DNA of 63,355 nt from an uncultured virus (IMG/VR IMGVR_UViG_3300025674_009014) (IMGVR_UViG_3300025674_009014), one strand, 5' to 3'; counted from the first letter of the stretch, positions 17,825-30,500 are shown. Program-made: numbers and translations. The notes: generated by a model not told the origin, from the sequence alone.

Positions 17825-20800
17825 TACCGGAGGAAATTTCGTTCAGCAAAATACTTTATTTGGTTTAGAGGGGCCAATTACTCAATTCATTACAAATGTT
17901 TATGAATTTTCAGATAATCTTTCTGATGTAATTGAAGATGTTGTATCATTTTTAAAGGTTGCCTCAGTTTTTTTAAAAGCATTGAAAAGTCCATTGGAAT
18001 TTATACTTTTACCTGTGTTGGAGAGTTTGGAATCATATATTTTGGATTTTAAAAATATAGGAGCAGGTGTATTAACGGTTTGGCCTTGGGAGGTAGGGAG
18101 AAATCCATCACCAATTGATTTTTCAGCACTATTGAATGGACTTAAAAAATTTGAAGATTATTATATATCGAATGAATCAAATAGCACAAATTTAACTGCA
18201 TCAGTAGATATACAACAACAATTAGATCAAAACAGTTCGGCATATGTTGGTGTTAAAAAATTGGTAGATTCTGAGACATTATTAAGTCAATCATCTCCTG
18301 ATTCAAAGAAAGATATTTTATCAAATTATCAAAGTTTGAAGAATTTTTTAGATTTAGATTCATCTTATTGGGACGAAAATCCTACGATTCAGGAAGGATT
18401 GAAGTTAGCAAAAACAATACTGAATGCTAAAGAACTCACTCCATCTGAGGTAATTGATAAGATATTGCAATCATTTGATGATGTGAATGATCCTCAACGT
18501 CCTACGGGTCAAGGTGATTATGTGGCATTTGTTATCATAGCAGCACTCCCGACATTCAGTGGAATAAACCAAGTTATAACTCAGTTTAGTAATTTTTTCG
18601 GAGGTGTTCTTGATAAATCTACTCCGGATGGAAAAGATGCTGCTAAAAAAACGGCCATGGAAGAAGTGATTGATTTAGGTGCTCCTGTTTTGCCCAAAAA
18701 TACATCAAAAGATGAAGAAAAACTTTTCTTTAATCAAATAAAACCTATTGATAATATACCTGATGGTACTTATAAGGCTGGTAATGATACAATTCCAATG
18801 TTTGAAAAAGGTGATTTAATTGTTCAAACACAGGAATCTTTTTTTTCACAATCTTTTTCCGCGGAAGTTGTAAAACATAATGATATCATTGTAAAAGATG
18901 GCCAAGTGTTAGAAAATAGTGTAACTGTTAGAGATGTGAATGGAGAGTTAATAAAAAAGCATTCTAATAAAAAAGATTCTAATCCTGGTATTATTCGTAG
19001 AAATTCTAATACTGAAGATGTGACAAAACATCCTATGTTTTTACCTGGAGATTCTGCAAAGGCTGAAAAAGCAAATGAAAAATATAGTTTATTAGCTGAT
19101 ATGGAACCAAATAAATTAGAATTGGATAATGTTTTTCCTGATGTTCCAGAATTAAACAAATTGAAAAGTGCAGCCAAAAGCGGAGAAGACATCTATAATA
19201 ATTCTTATCTTTACGATGAAAAATTTATTCAAAAATTTATAGATTTTGCGCAAACATTGTCTGTTGGAAAAACAGTAAATCATCCTTTTCTAAAAACTTC
19301 GGAAAATCAATCGACTTTAAGTTCAGATGATGGTATTGATGTGGTAGACCAGGTTAAAGATTTATTAAATTTTATACCAGGAACAGGTCTTAATTATCAT
19401 ATAAAAGAGGTGTTGGTAGAAAACACGGAAACGGGCCAAACTAAACCCTTAGAGTTTAAAAATATAAAAAGAGAATTATTTAGATTTTCTGAAGTTGAAA
19501 ACACCGTAGAAAAAAGTGTAGAAGAAAAAATTGTTGGAATGAATAAGATTAAACTAAAATTGGGTATCATGGAAAAGGATGGAACAATATCTGATACATC
19601 AGAAACGGCAAAAAAAGGTGTATCACCTCCAGGAAAAGTTGATTTTTTCAATTTTTCTGAAAATTTACCCAATGATAGAAACAATCCTCCCATAAAAATG
19701 GAAGGTAAAAAAAATGATGAAAAGTCTGGAACTCCACCTAATTGGAAATATTATAAAATTTCAGAATTTTTACCAATTTATGGTGAGATGATAGATAGAA
19801 TTGTTGGAATAATATCTTCTGTAAAAGGATGGATAAAAACAAAATCTGATTTGATAGACGAGGCAATCAAATTTTTAGAAGATTTTTCGAAGTTTCTTAT
19901 TGACACTAATAGGGCTATTCTTGAAGCACTGAGATTTTTAACTTTAGGACTAAATGCAACCGGGTTATATACTCTATCTTTGAGTGGTCAAGGTGGACCG
20001 GCAGGCTTTAAAGAGAAACTAAAAAAAGCAAAATTTTTACAAAAAAAAGCAAATCCTTTTCCAAGTATACAGTTAGAAACTGTCGATAAGACTGAAACTA
20101 TAACTAATCCTATTACGGGACTTGAGGAAGTTGTCACTACAAAAGTTTTAAAACCAGAATTAGTTCCTGCAGACAGAGAAAATTCTACCCCTACTCCACT
20201 CTCAGCAAGTGAGTTAAGTAATTTAAAATTTTCTATGGGAATAGTTTTTTATGCACAGGGTAATGATTCAGCTGGATTAGATAAATTTTTAACCAATTTT
20301 AGTACCGCTGAAACATTTGTTAATGCATTTTTAGGAAATTTTAATGATTCAGACACTATACTGGAAAAAATAAAACCATATGTATATGATATACAAGTTT
20401 TAAATTCTGACGGTGAATATGTGAGTGCCGAAAATGCGGTCGTAGATTCTGATTTTAAAATTAGAGTAATTTTTACTAATGATGCTCATAAATTTACCGA
20501 TGAAGAAATAGCAACATTAAATGATTTGCAGGGTAGAACTGTTGATATAAGACCAAGTGTGATAACAACAAATTTGCATCTCTCAAAAGAAGATGTGGAT
20601 AAAGGATTAGCAGAATTTACATTAACTAAAGATGGTAATCAAATTTTATTAAAAAATCCACCAGCAATTAGCACTAGTGTTGGTGCCAATAATCAAGTTT
20701 TTTATAATGTTGATTTTAATACAGTAGAGCCTTTATCTGCATCAGAAACAGGTGATGCTTCTTATATATTCACAGCAGTAGCGAATCCATTAATTACTAA

Positions 20801-20897
20801 TGAGAGAATAGAAATAACCGAAAGTAAAGTTTTAACTTCTGGTTTTAGGATTAAACAAACTAGTATTTTAGATGTGGAAATAAAGTATGCCATATAA
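17805..20897 (+). CDS. Large hypothetical virion/baseplate protein (1030 aa)
   Basis: Long ORF within the baseplate operon; helical ends flanking beta-rich inserts. Confidence 0.6.
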   Translation: MAEQNPNTGGNFVQQNTLFGLEGPITQFITNVYEFSDNLSDVIEDVVSFLKVASVFLKALKSPLEFILLPVLESLESYILDFKNIGAGVLTVWPWEVGRNPSPIDFSALLNGLKKFEDYYISNESNSTNLTASVDIQQQLDQNSSAYVGVKKLVDSETLLSQSSPDSKKDILSNYQSLKNFLDLDSSYWDENPTIQEGLKLAKTILNAKELTPSEVIDKILQSFDDVNDPQRPTGQGDYVAFVIIAALPTFSGINQVITQFSNFFGGVLDKSTPDGKDAAKKTAMEEVIDLGAPVLPKNTSKDEEKLFFNQIKPIDNIPDGTYKAGNDTIPMFEKGDLIVQTQESFFSQSFSAEVVKHNDIIVKDGQVLENSVTVRDVNGELIKKHSNKKDSNPGIIRRNSNTEDVTKHPMFLPGDSAKAEKANEKYSLLADMEPNKLELDNVFPDVPELNKLKSAAKSGEDIYNNSYLYDEKFIQKFIDFAQTLSVGKTVNHPFLKTSENQSTLSSDDGIDVVDQVKDLLNFIPGTGLNYHIKEVLVENTETGQTKPLEFKNIKRELFRFSEVENTVEKSVEEKIVGMNKIKLKLGIMEKDGTISDTSETAKKGVSPPGKVDFFNFSENLPNDRNNPPIKMEGKKNDEKSGTPPNWKYYKISEFLPIYGEMIDRIVGIISSVKGWIKTKSDLIDEAIKFLEDFSKFLIDTNRAILEALRFLTLGLNATGLYTLSLSGQGGPAGFKEKLKKAKFLQKKANPFPSIQLETVDKTETITNPITGLEEVVTTKVLKPELVPADRENSTPTPLSASELSNLKFSMGIVFYAQGNDSAGLDKFLTNFSTAETFVNAFLGNFNDSDTILEKIKPYVYDIQVLNSDGEYVSAENAVVDSDFKIRVIFTNDAHKFTDEEIATLNDLQGRTVDIRPSVITTNLHLSKEDVDKGLAEFTLTKDGNQILLKNPPAISTSVGANNQVFYNVDFNTVEPLSASETGDASYIFTAVANPLITNERIEITESKVLTSGFRIKQTSILDVEIKYAI

Positions 20898-23800
20898 TAG
20901 AACAGGAAAAATTTCGCAAGTAAACGATGATGAAACAATATCTGAAATAGATTTTGATTATTCAGTAGACCCGAAAAAATATTCAGATCTGGATTTAGCA
21001 AATGGTGTTATATTTGTTCCAATTTCTTCAGAATTCAGTATTCAATTTACTAGAAATATTTTTTCAAATTCTGTTACTGCATCTACGGATGAAAATTTGA
21101 TACGTGGTTCTGTACAACTAACTCATTTAGGATTATCCAGCACTTCTTCAGGTAATAATAATTTTTTAACGTTGACAAATCAGGCAAAACCTTCTTCTAT
21201 TATAGAATCATCGGTATTAAATGCTTATGAAAATGATATAGTTATGATGAGTACGGTCAGTACAACTAGCGACACGGTTGATATAACTCCAAAAATAAAT
21301 TTATCTTCCAATACGGTTTATTTTTTAAATTTGTCTTCTGATAATATTAAAGATTACAATGAAAAGGAAATATCTTTTGAAATTGGAAATGGTTTCATGA
21401 CAGATAATTCTAGAAGTTTTTATTTGAGTGATTATGGATTATATTCAGGTTTTTCCGTTAATGTGAATGATAGTGACTTGACTTTAGATTTTTTAGAATT
21501 ACCGAATGATAAAACTGAAAGACAAGTTGTATTGATCAATAGGGTTGATGGAGAGGGTAACATCATTCTTGATGATAATGGTGTTCCAATCAAAGAACCT
21601 AAGGAAATAGTTGCACAAGTTCCAAATGATGTTAATCTTGAACAATATCGTATAAATTTTTCATCGCAAGATTCTTTTTATTTATTTAGAGATACAGATA
21701 CCAAATCAACTTTCAACATTAATAAACCGTTATTCGGAACTATCGATGATGTTGAGCCTGGTAAAATAACTTTTAATATGGATTATTCCTGTTATTATTT
21801 AAACGTTGCTTATGTTGCAAGTGGAAGTAATACAAAAATTACAACTACATCGAATCATAATTTATTGGATGACGATTCTATTTACATATATGATGTTGTT
21901 TCTGGAGACATTACATCAGGTAAATATTTTGTAAAAAAAATTGATTCCAAAAATTTTACAGTGCCGTTTAATATTTCATCAAAAAGATCTGGAAGATTAA
22001 ATTTTCACCCGACATTAAGTGAAAATCAGTCAATAGTTAATGTTAAAAAAGTGGAGGGTCAAGATAAAGTAACTAAAAAAATAATAAAATCTCAACAAAA
22101 CATTATAACGTATTCAGATAGGGAAGAAATAGTAAATCATAGATTTAATACCATCATTTATGGAAATCCATCATCGAATGGTGTACTATCGCCAGCAACA
22201 AATGAAATGTTAGGAAGAATAATCAGAGGTAAAACTACTTTGATAAATTATGTTCCATTAAATACTGATGAACAAATTGTAGATGATACTTTTGTGAATA
22301 ATTCTATCATTGAATTATTTTCTGATGATAATAAAAAAATTATAGGACATATAAAGGCAAATACGTTTCCAAATCATAATGTACACCCATTCAATACATC
22401 TGCGCCAAATATCAGTAGTTTTTATCCCGCAGAAGGAACATCATCTACCAGTAAAATTAAAATTGTCACTATAAGTAGAGTAGCAGATGTCGGTAGGGTG
22501 ATTACAAATATAAAACATACTTTATCCGAAGGTGATAATATTTACATAGAAGGATATTTAGAGACAATTTTTACAGGAATTTTTACGGTATCTACAGTAT
22601 TAAATGATTTTACATTCGAATTTATCTTAACAAAAACCATTAATGAAAACTCTCCTTTTAATAGTAATCAACAACTTAAACTTTTATATTTTAATAAAAA
22701 TTTAGAGAAAACAGCCAATAATTTATCTGATACCGATAATTATCTTGAGAAATCTAGCATTTTTCAAGTCAGTTTTAGTCAATCTATGAACGTTTCAACA
22801 ATATCTGTCGCTAATAGCACACATATTTTAGTTGCAAATGGGTCTATAATAGAATTTAATGATGGTATAACCAAGGAATCTAGTACTATACAAATTTCAA
22901 AATCAGGAACTGATTTTTCTGCTGATGCATTGATTGATTTTGATTTAATCAGTTCAAATACAGGAAATGCAGAATTTACTATACATCCTACAAATTTAGA
23001 TAAATTTTCTACGTATTTTATACGAATTAAAAATCAAATTTCTGATTTAGGAGGAACTAGATTAACTTATGATTATACACTTAGGGAACCTATAACAACT
23101 GGAACTAGACCAGGTGATTCTGAAAATATAACAGATGAACCATATGATGTTCCTATCTATGATCTAGACACTACTGCTCCACAAGTTAAAAAAATATATT
23201 TTACAGATTCGAATACCAATAGTGAATTATATCAAGTTGTATTAGATAGTTTAAATGTTGATCAAATCACAGATCCTCTTGATTACAAAACAGTTGAAGT
23301 TGATTTAAATGACGAGTCATTGGTCATAATGTTTGATGAAAGTATTGATAGTTCAACTGTTACAGTAAATACACAAAATACCAGACCTTTTGGAACTGTA
23401 CAGCTATCATGTGACGATTTCATAACCGTTGTTCAGATGCAAGAACCTCTAATATCAACAACAACAAATCAATCAGACACTTATACTTTCAAACCAGTAG
23501 CAAATTTGTCTTCTAATTCCACATATACATTGCAAATATCTTCACGGATTGGTGATACTGCTATAAATAAAAATTTTCTTATTGGAGATAAAAATAGTGA
23601 CATAAGATCTGTAGTTTTGGATACTGGTCCAAATTTATCTAATTATTTTATAAAAGGTGAAACAATAAGAGGCACAAGAAAATTGTTTGTTAATACTACT
23701 TTAAATTTGCCCGATTTAAATTTTAACATATCAGGCCTAGAAAATGGTAAAATATTTTATGGTTTAACATCGGGTGGTAGAGGTAAAGTGTATGATTATC

Positions 23801-24945
23801 AAACAGAATTGGTGAATGGTATTGAAAAAATAATATCCATAGAATATACTCCTATAGAAACTGGTAGATATATTATTGATTTAAAACCTGGAGAAACCTG
23901 TTATTTTGAAGATGATGATAGTTATAGATTTTCTATAAATTTTACAGCAATAACATCATCACCTGAAGGCATAGTAATACGTTATATTCCCGATGAAAAA
24001 AGAATTATTTATAGAGAAATAAATCCTCTTTATACTTTTGATAGAGTAAATGATAGAATATATGGTTACCAGAGTAAAGGCATAGGAAGAACTTCCGATC
24101 CATCAGACATAGAATTGGCAGGATTTAAAACCACTGACGATACAAATCAAGTGACATATTATGCAACAGATATCAATGAAGATATATTAACAAATTCGTC
24201 AAATAACATTATCGATATAAAACCGAATACTAATTTTACATTTAAATTTTCTCAGACAATGAACACTAGCACATTAATATTTAATAATTCTAGTGGACTT
24301 GTTAGAAATAATGACAATGTTATTGTATCATATGATTCTAATTTTTCTAATTGTATACCTTTAGAAAATTTTACTAAATCGAATAATGATACTACATTTT
24401 CTTTCACACCAGCAATGTATACGAGTAATTATCAACTTTCTCAAAATAGTTCAATTTATGTTAAAGCATCAAACACTACTTTGACAAAAGGGGGAACTAT
24501 TTCTACTTCTTTGGGACACACAAACTATTTTAAAGTATCAAATACTAATAGTTTTCAAATTTTACATGTTTATGTGTACACTGGTATAGGTTCTAGAGAA
24601 GAGTTATTAGAAATCGATCCAGGACAATATAGTAACACTATTTCAGGTATTTTAACAAGCACATTTATTGAAATAATTTTTAATGAAACAGTTGATCCTG
24701 CAACTATTACACTGGGACAAGGTAATTCTGTAGAATTAACAACAGATTCGACTTTTACAAGTAATTTTGTTACTTCAGGAACAATTTCAATTTATGATTT
24801 ACATAAAAATAGAATAATCATAACACCAACATCTTATTTTTTAAATTTAACAGATTATTATTTGAGAATAAATACTAGTATTGAAAATCCTTATGGTGTG
24901 GCATTAAATAAGATGTATACATTTGATAAATTTACAGTAGAATAG
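20887..24945 (+). CDS. Virion protein with multiple Ig-like (Big_5/SbsA-like) domains (1352 aa)
   Basis: Repeated FSQSMN/FDESID/FNETVD...P..NLSSNTxY.L.I units; DTTAPQV linker. Confidence 0.7.
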   Translation: MPYNRTGKISQVNDDETISEIDFDYSVDPKKYSDLDLANGVIFVPISSEFSIQFTRNIFSNSVTASTDENLIRGSVQLTHLGLSSTSSGNNNFLTLTNQAKPSSIIESSVLNAYENDIVMMSTVSTTSDTVDITPKINLSSNTVYFLNLSSDNIKDYNEKEISFEIGNGFMTDNSRSFYLSDYGLYSGFSVNVNDSDLTLDFLELPNDKTERQVVLINRVDGEGNIILDDNGVPIKEPKEIVAQVPNDVNLEQYRINFSSQDSFYLFRDTDTKSTFNINKPLFGTIDDVEPGKITFNMDYSCYYLNVAYVASGSNTKITTTSNHNLLDDDSIYIYDVVSGDITSGKYFVKKIDSKNFTVPFNISSKRSGRLNFHPTLSENQSIVNVKKVEGQDKVTKKIIKSQQNIITYSDREEIVNHRFNTIIYGNPSSNGVLSPATNEMLGRIIRGKTTLINYVPLNTDEQIVDDTFVNNSIIELFSDDNKKIIGHIKANTFPNHNVHPFNTSAPNISSFYPAEGTSSTSKIKIVTISRVADVGRVITNIKHTLSEGDNIYIEGYLETIFTGIFTVSTVLNDFTFEFILTKTINENSPFNSNQQLKLLYFNKNLEKTANNLSDTDNYLEKSSIFQVSFSQSMNVSTISVANSTHILVANGSIIEFNDGITKESSTIQISKSGTDFSADALIDFDLISSNTGNAEFTIHPTNLDKFSTYFIRIKNQISDLGGTRLTYDYTLREPITTGTRPGDSENITDEPYDVPIYDLDTTAPQVKKIYFTDSNTNSELYQVVLDSLNVDQITDPLDYKTVEVDLNDESLVIMFDESIDSSTVTVNTQNTRPFGTVQLSCDDFITVVQMQEPLISTTTNQSDTYTFKPVANLSSNSTYTLQISSRIGDTAINKNFLIGDKNSDIRSVVLDTGPNLSNYFIKGETIRGTRKLFVNTTLNLPDLNFNISGLENGKIFYGLTSGGRGKVYDYQTELVNGIEKIISIEYTPIETGRYIIDLKPGETCYFEDDDSYRFSINFTAITSSPEGIVIRYIPDEKRIIYREINPLYTFDRVNDRIYGYQSKGIGRTSDPSDIELAGFKTTDDTNQVTYYATDINEDILTNSSNNIIDIKPNTNFTFKFSQTMNTSTLIFNNSSGLVRNNDNVIVSYDSNFSNCIPLENFTKSNNDTTFSFTPAMYTSNYQLSQNSSIYVKASNTTLTKGGTISTSLGHTNYFKVSNTNSFQILHVYVYTGIGSREELLEIDPGQYSNTISGILTSTFIEIIFNETVDPATITLGQGNSVELTTDSTFTSNFVTSGTISIYDLHKNRIIITPTSYFLNLTDYYLRINTSIENPYGVALNKMYTFDKFTVE

Positions 24946-24954
24946 GAGATCGAT

Positions 24955-25191
24955 TTGATAGACACTACAGGTTTGGCATTAGGAATTAAAACGGCACTCG
25001 ACAAAGCATTTATTAGCACAAGTCCAACAACTAGAGAAGAATTAGCAAATGATTTAGCGGTGGTTATTTCAGAATTTGCCGCAAAATTAGAAATTCAATT
25101 AACACATCCTATAAATGTGGTTGGAAGTACAACACCGGGAGGAATGGGTGGTCCTCTCATTGCATTTAATGCTAGAACAACAATAATTTAA
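24955..25191 (+). CDS. Small hypothetical baseplate/spike-associated protein
   Basis: TTG start after an AGGAG SD; immediately before gp25. Confidence 0.55.
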   Translation: MIDTTGLALGIKTALDKAFISTSPTTREELANDLAVVISEFAAKLEIQLTHPINVVGSTTPGGMGGPLIAFNARTTII

Positions 25192-25196
25192 GAATT

Positions 25197-25676
25197 ATGG
25201 CACAAAATATACTAGAAACGGCTTATATAGATTATGATAATCTTAATGAGTATGATGATGTAGGAGTACGTGTTGCAAATGAGAGATTGAGAAGAACTCA
25301 ACCTTTGGATTTAGATTTTACATTGAATAAAAATCCAACTTCTTCAGATTTATCAGTTAAAAGAGGATCCAATTCAATTAAGCAATCAATAAGATCTTTG
25401 TTATTGACAGATTATTATGAAAGATTATTTCGACCGGAATTAGGAAGTAATATTAGAAGATTATTGTTTGAACCCGTAGATTTTATTTCGGAAAGAATAT
25501 TAGAAGAGTCTATAACAAACGTTATTAATAATTTTGAACCCAGGGTAACCTTATTATCTGTAAATGTTTCTGCAAATCCAGATGAATATCGATATGATGT
25601 GAGAATAGTTTTTTCTATTAATAGGACTAATGAGCAACAAATTATAGATACTTTTCTAGAGACAACAAGAGGTTAA
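25197..25676 (+). CDS. 25: Baseplate wedge protein gp25
   Basis: DLDFT.NP, SIKQSIRSLLLT..ERLFRPELGS, NFEPRV. Confidence 0.93.
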   Translation: MAQNILETAYIDYDNLNEYDDVGVRVANERLRRTQPLDLDFTLNKNPTSSDLSVKRGSNSIKQSIRSLLLTDYYERLFRPELGSNIRRLLFEPVDFISERILEESITNVINNFEPRVTLLSVNVSANPDEYRYDVRIVFSINRTNEQQIIDTFLETTRG

Positions 25677-25679
25677 CAA

Positions 25680-27497
25680 ATGGATGAATCATATAAACTC
25701 AGGGTGTCGGAATTAGACTTCACTCAAATAAAAAATAATTTTAAAAAGTATTTACAATCACAAGATTATTTTAAAGATTTTGATTATGAAGGTTCTACGA
25801 TTAATGCATTATTGGATGTTTTAGCTTACAATACTCATTATAATTCATTTTATTTGAACATGGTAGCAAATGAAATGTTTTTAGAATCTGCAGTTTTAAG
25901 ATCCTCATTAATTTCTCTGAGTAAGTTGATTGGATACAAACCTAGATCTAGAATTGGTGCAACAGCAAATGTTAATGTTATTTTCTCTACCGATGATTCT
26001 CCTAATGTTTTAACAATTCCTAAGAAAACCAAATTTTTCACATCATTGAATGGTGTGAATTACACTTTTGTTACTGAAAATTCTTACACTTCTATTAATG
26101 AAAGTGGTTCAAATATCATAACGGTTCCAAATGTTTCATTGAAAGAAGGTGAGCCTCTAACATATACTTTTACAGCTAATACATCTGATGATTCACAGAG
26201 ATTTATATTGCCTAATTTAGGTATCGATAGTCAAACTATCGAGGTACAAATACAAGAATCGGTTACAGATACGAGAAGATCTCAATACACATTAGCGAGT
26301 GATTTATTTCAGATAGGATCGACTTCAAATGTATTTTTTATTGAAGAAACAACCGATTTTTACCATGAGATTAGATTTGGTGACAATGTTTTAGGTAGAA
26401 AACCTAAAACAGGTAATATCGTTATAGTTAATTATAACATATGTTCTGGTGTATTAGCTAATGACGCAAATTCATTTTTTTCAATTGGTTCAGTATCAGG
26501 TTATGACACAATTACAATCACAACAAATGATAGATCAAGAGGTGGTTCTGATGAAGAATCTTTAGAATCTATACGTTTTAATGCTCCTAAAAATTATTCA
26601 ACTCAAAATAGAGCAGTGACTACAGAAGATTATAGATCAATTATTCAAAGAGATTATCCCGGTGCTGATTCTGTTGTTGTATTTGGTGGAGAAGATGCGT
26701 TTCCACCTCAATTTGGTAAGGTTTTTGTTGGTTTAAGACCTAAGTCCGGATTGATATTATCATCTTCAGTAAAAGAAAGAATAAAAAATGATATACTAAA
26801 AAAATATAATGTGGCATCAATTACTCCAGAATTTATCGATATCGATTACATGAATATTGTTTTATCAACAACCGTAAAATTCAATTCCTCACTTACATCT
26901 AGAAGTATACAAACACTAAGAAATTTGATATCGAATTCTATTTCTAATTTTTCATCTACGCAAATTGAAAGTTTTAATAAAATTTTTAGAATATCAACTT
27001 TGCAAAGATATATTGACAACACGGATTCTTCAATTTTAGGCAATGACACTAAAATAAAATTAAAAAAAGAATTGTTTCCTACTATAGGAAATTCTCGGGA
27101 TTATTATGTGAATTTTAATAATACATTATATCATCCCTATGCTGGTTTTTTAGGTACGATATCATCGTCAATTTTTTCAATATTAGATGAATTTGATACC
27201 CAGAGAGATAATTGTAGAATAGAAAATAATGAAAATGTTTTAGTCATTTACAATATAGTCAATGGTCAAAAAGTTATCAGAATTGCGGATGCCGGATCAG
27301 TTGATTTTTTGACAGGAAGATTAGAATTAGTTAATTTTAATCCTATTTCTATTACAGGAAATAATTTAAGCATTTTTGCCATGCCTGATAATAACGATTT
27401 AGAAACAAAAAATGAACAAATTTTATTAATCAATTCAAATGATGTTACAATTGAGATGGATGATGTTTCTACAACAATAACCACTAATGCTCAATAA
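25680..27497 (+). CDS. 6: Baseplate wedge protein gp6
   Basis: ELDFTQIKNN..FKDFDYEGS..LLDVLAYNTHYN..NEMFLESA, QNRAVTTEDY, PPQFGKVF. Confidence 0.95.
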   Translation: MDESYKLRVSELDFTQIKNNFKKYLQSQDYFKDFDYEGSTINALLDVLAYNTHYNSFYLNMVANEMFLESAVLRSSLISLSKLIGYKPRSRIGATANVNVIFSTDDSPNVLTIPKKTKFFTSLNGVNYTFVTENSYTSINESGSNIITVPNVSLKEGEPLTYTFTANTSDDSQRFILPNLGIDSQTIEVQIQESVTDTRRSQYTLASDLFQIGSTSNVFFIEETTDFYHEIRFGDNVLGRKPKTGNIVIVNYNICSGVLANDANSFFSIGSVSGYDTITITTNDRSRGGSDEESLESIRFNAPKNYSTQNRAVTTEDYRSIIQRDYPGADSVVVFGGEDAFPPQFGKVFVGLRPKSGLILSSSVKERIKNDILKKYNVASITPEFIDIDYMNIVLSTTVKFNSSLTSRSIQTLRNLISNSISNFSSTQIESFNKIFRISTLQRYIDNTDSSILGNDTKIKLKKELFPTIGNSRDYYVNFNNTLYHPYAGFLGTISSSIFSILDEFDTQRDNCRIENNENVLVIYNIVNGQKVIRIADAGSVDFLTGRLELVNFNPISITGNNLSIFAMPDNNDLETKNEQILLINSNDVTIEMDDVSTTITTNAQ

Positions 27498-27500
27498 AAC

Positions 27501-30500
27501 ATGAATAATTTTTTAAATGATACAGAAAATGTTTTAATAGAAAAAAGAATTTCTAATTTAATAGAACAGCAATTGCCTTCTTTTTTACTTGAAGAAGGTC
27601 CTGAATTTGCAAGATTCTTAAAGACTTACTATAAATGGTCAGAATTGCATGAATTAACAGTTAACGATGTTGTGCAATTTGAGTTTAGGTTTTTTACTGA
27701 AAACGATGAAAACTTTTTAACTGAAAATGATGAAATTGTTATATTAGAGTCTGTTAGAAATGATTTTAGTGCTTTTATTAATGGCGAAACTATTATAGGA
27801 CAGCAATCAGGTGCTTCTGCAACTGTAGATAGAGATACTTATTTAAATAGTGATAAGATATATGTCAAAAATTTAACACGTATTGATTTTATTCCAGATG
27901 AAATAATTAAAGGGCAAACATCAAGAGTAGAAGCTAGAGTTAATTCTTTTTTTAAAAATCCTATGTTTGCGTCTAGATCTTTATTAAAAAATATAGATTT
28001 GAATACATCTACTACAACATATATCGATTTATTTTTTAAACAATTTTTAACTGATTTTGATTTTAATTTAGAAGCCGATAAGGCACATATAATAAAACAC
28101 ATTGTAGATGTTTATAGATCAAAAGGTTCGAATATATCCTTTGATTTTTTGTTCAAAACTTTATATAATGAGCAAAATTTAATTTATTACACTCCAAAAG
28201 AAGATATTTTTAAATTATCATCGGGACAATGGGTATCTAATAAATTACTGAGAATAGAAAGTGATGATCCTCTGATATATTTTGAAGGTAGAACTATTAC
28301 AGGTAAAAAAAGTTTATCAACTGCAATTGTTGATAGAGTCGATAGATTTGCATTAGGAAATTTAGTAGTTACAGAATTATTTCTAATAAATCCTCAAGGA
28401 AATTTTGTTATAGGTGAAACTATAAAAACAAATACAGTAGATGATGTATATGGTGAAGGTGTGGTTAGAGGAGTTATGACTGATGTTGACATTGTGAATC
28501 CTGGAACCGATTATGTGGTGGGTGATATTTTAACTATAACTGGCGGAGGCGGTATAGAAGCAACCGCAAAAGTCAGTGAGATTGCCAGTGGTATTTTAAC
28601 AGATTTTGAAATATTAGATGGTGGCGATGCTTACACATTAGAATCTGAATTGACTGTTAACAATTTCGGAACAAGAGGTTCAGGATTTGCAGGCAGAATA
28701 ACTGAAATACAGGATGCGTATACTTTTCATTTTAATAATGATTATATTTTTAATCATGCTGCTACTTTTTTAGACGCATTTGCATATGGAATGTCAGGAG
28801 ATCCTAGTTGTAATATAAGTTGTAGATTAATTGATGCTTTAGGATTTTTAAAATTAAATGCTGGACCAATTTCTTCTATAAAAACATTAGTTATCGGAAC
28901 TGGTTATGAATCAGAACCAAGCATTAGTGTAATAGAAAATCAGGTGTTGAATTTTTCAGATGATAGTGGTGTTAAAATTCTTAACCTAAATCCTGATCCT
29001 GATGATTTCATTTTTACGACAGCAATAACTGGTTTTTTTGATGCCAGTGAACGAATATATTCAGAAGATGGTAATAAAGTAGGAACTTTTTTCGGTTTGG
29101 TTCTTGATGAAAATAATACATCTAATCCATCTAGAATGAGAGTAAAAAATCTAGAATATTTGGGAGTTTATGGATTAGGTGCAAATGATTTAACGTTAGA
29201 TAATTCAAATTATTTAAATCCAGACAATCCTACCATATATGATTTAAGAATTGTTACAGGCGGTAAGATAGGTAATAGTTACAACAATTTTCAATTCAGA
29301 AGAGGTTTACGGGCAAATGATGAAAACATAGATGATGCTAATAATTACATTGATATTGAATATACTGATGAATATACAGATATGACTGCCGATTTTCAAA
29401 CTTTAAAATTTAATATCGATACCATATCAAAAGTTAACACAGATGCTATAGTTACAACAACATATAAACATGGTTTAGAAACTGGTTTAAGTGTAAATAT
29501 ATCTGGTGCTGATGATGATTTTTATAACGGTACCCATGAAATAGTTGTAATCAATAATTATTCTTTTAAGTATACTGTTGATTCGTTGGCAACAACACCT
29601 GTAACTGGTAATTTGTATTATGATGAAGGAATGGTTATTAAATTTACAACTCCATATAATCATGATCCAACCGATAGATTTTTGTTATCTGCAGTAGATT
29701 TTGAATCAAATGAAGTAATTATAGGATATAATAGTGGCGCAAGAGCAACTGTAAACACAGGAGCAGCATTTAGTCCGAATATTAATAAGGGCAGTAATGC
29801 TGTGGTGAGAGGTAGATCAGATGAAAATCAAAGTGGAGCAATTGCTGATATTGAAATAACTAATTTTGGAATAGGATATTCTACATCACCATCGATCAGT
29901 GCAACAGAAATAGGTGCGGGTAATGCTGTATTGACTGCCAGAATTGGTGCTATGGCAGATTCTCCTGGTAAATATTTTGATGAAAATGGTTTTTTGAGTT
30001 ATAATAAGAAAATTTTTGATGGATATTATTATCAGGATTATTCATATGTATTGAAGAATAAAATTCAATTTAATGAATATGAACAAGTTTTAAAAAGATT
30101 AATTCACCCAGCCGGAACAAAAATGTTTGGAGAATATATTATTCAGGCGGATGATTTGATTTTTAGTTTCGATAATTTTATAACTTTTGAAGATGGTTCT
30201 CCAATATTCATAGAAGGTGAAAATAATAATAGATTTTTAGCAGAGAAATATTTTGAGCCGAATCATAATGTTGAGTTTTATAGAAGAAAAGATATTGCAA
30301 CATATGGATCGGGTACATTAGTCAGGATTCAAGGCGGAAATAATATTATATCAACATCGAATTCTATTCAAAAATTAAGTGTTGATTTTGATGCTAATAG
30401 TTCAGTTATCATAGATGATGAGCAAAAATTTTTAATCACATATGGTGAGTTTAAACTTGAAAATTATTATAAGGGTAAAATATCATCTGATACTCAAAAT

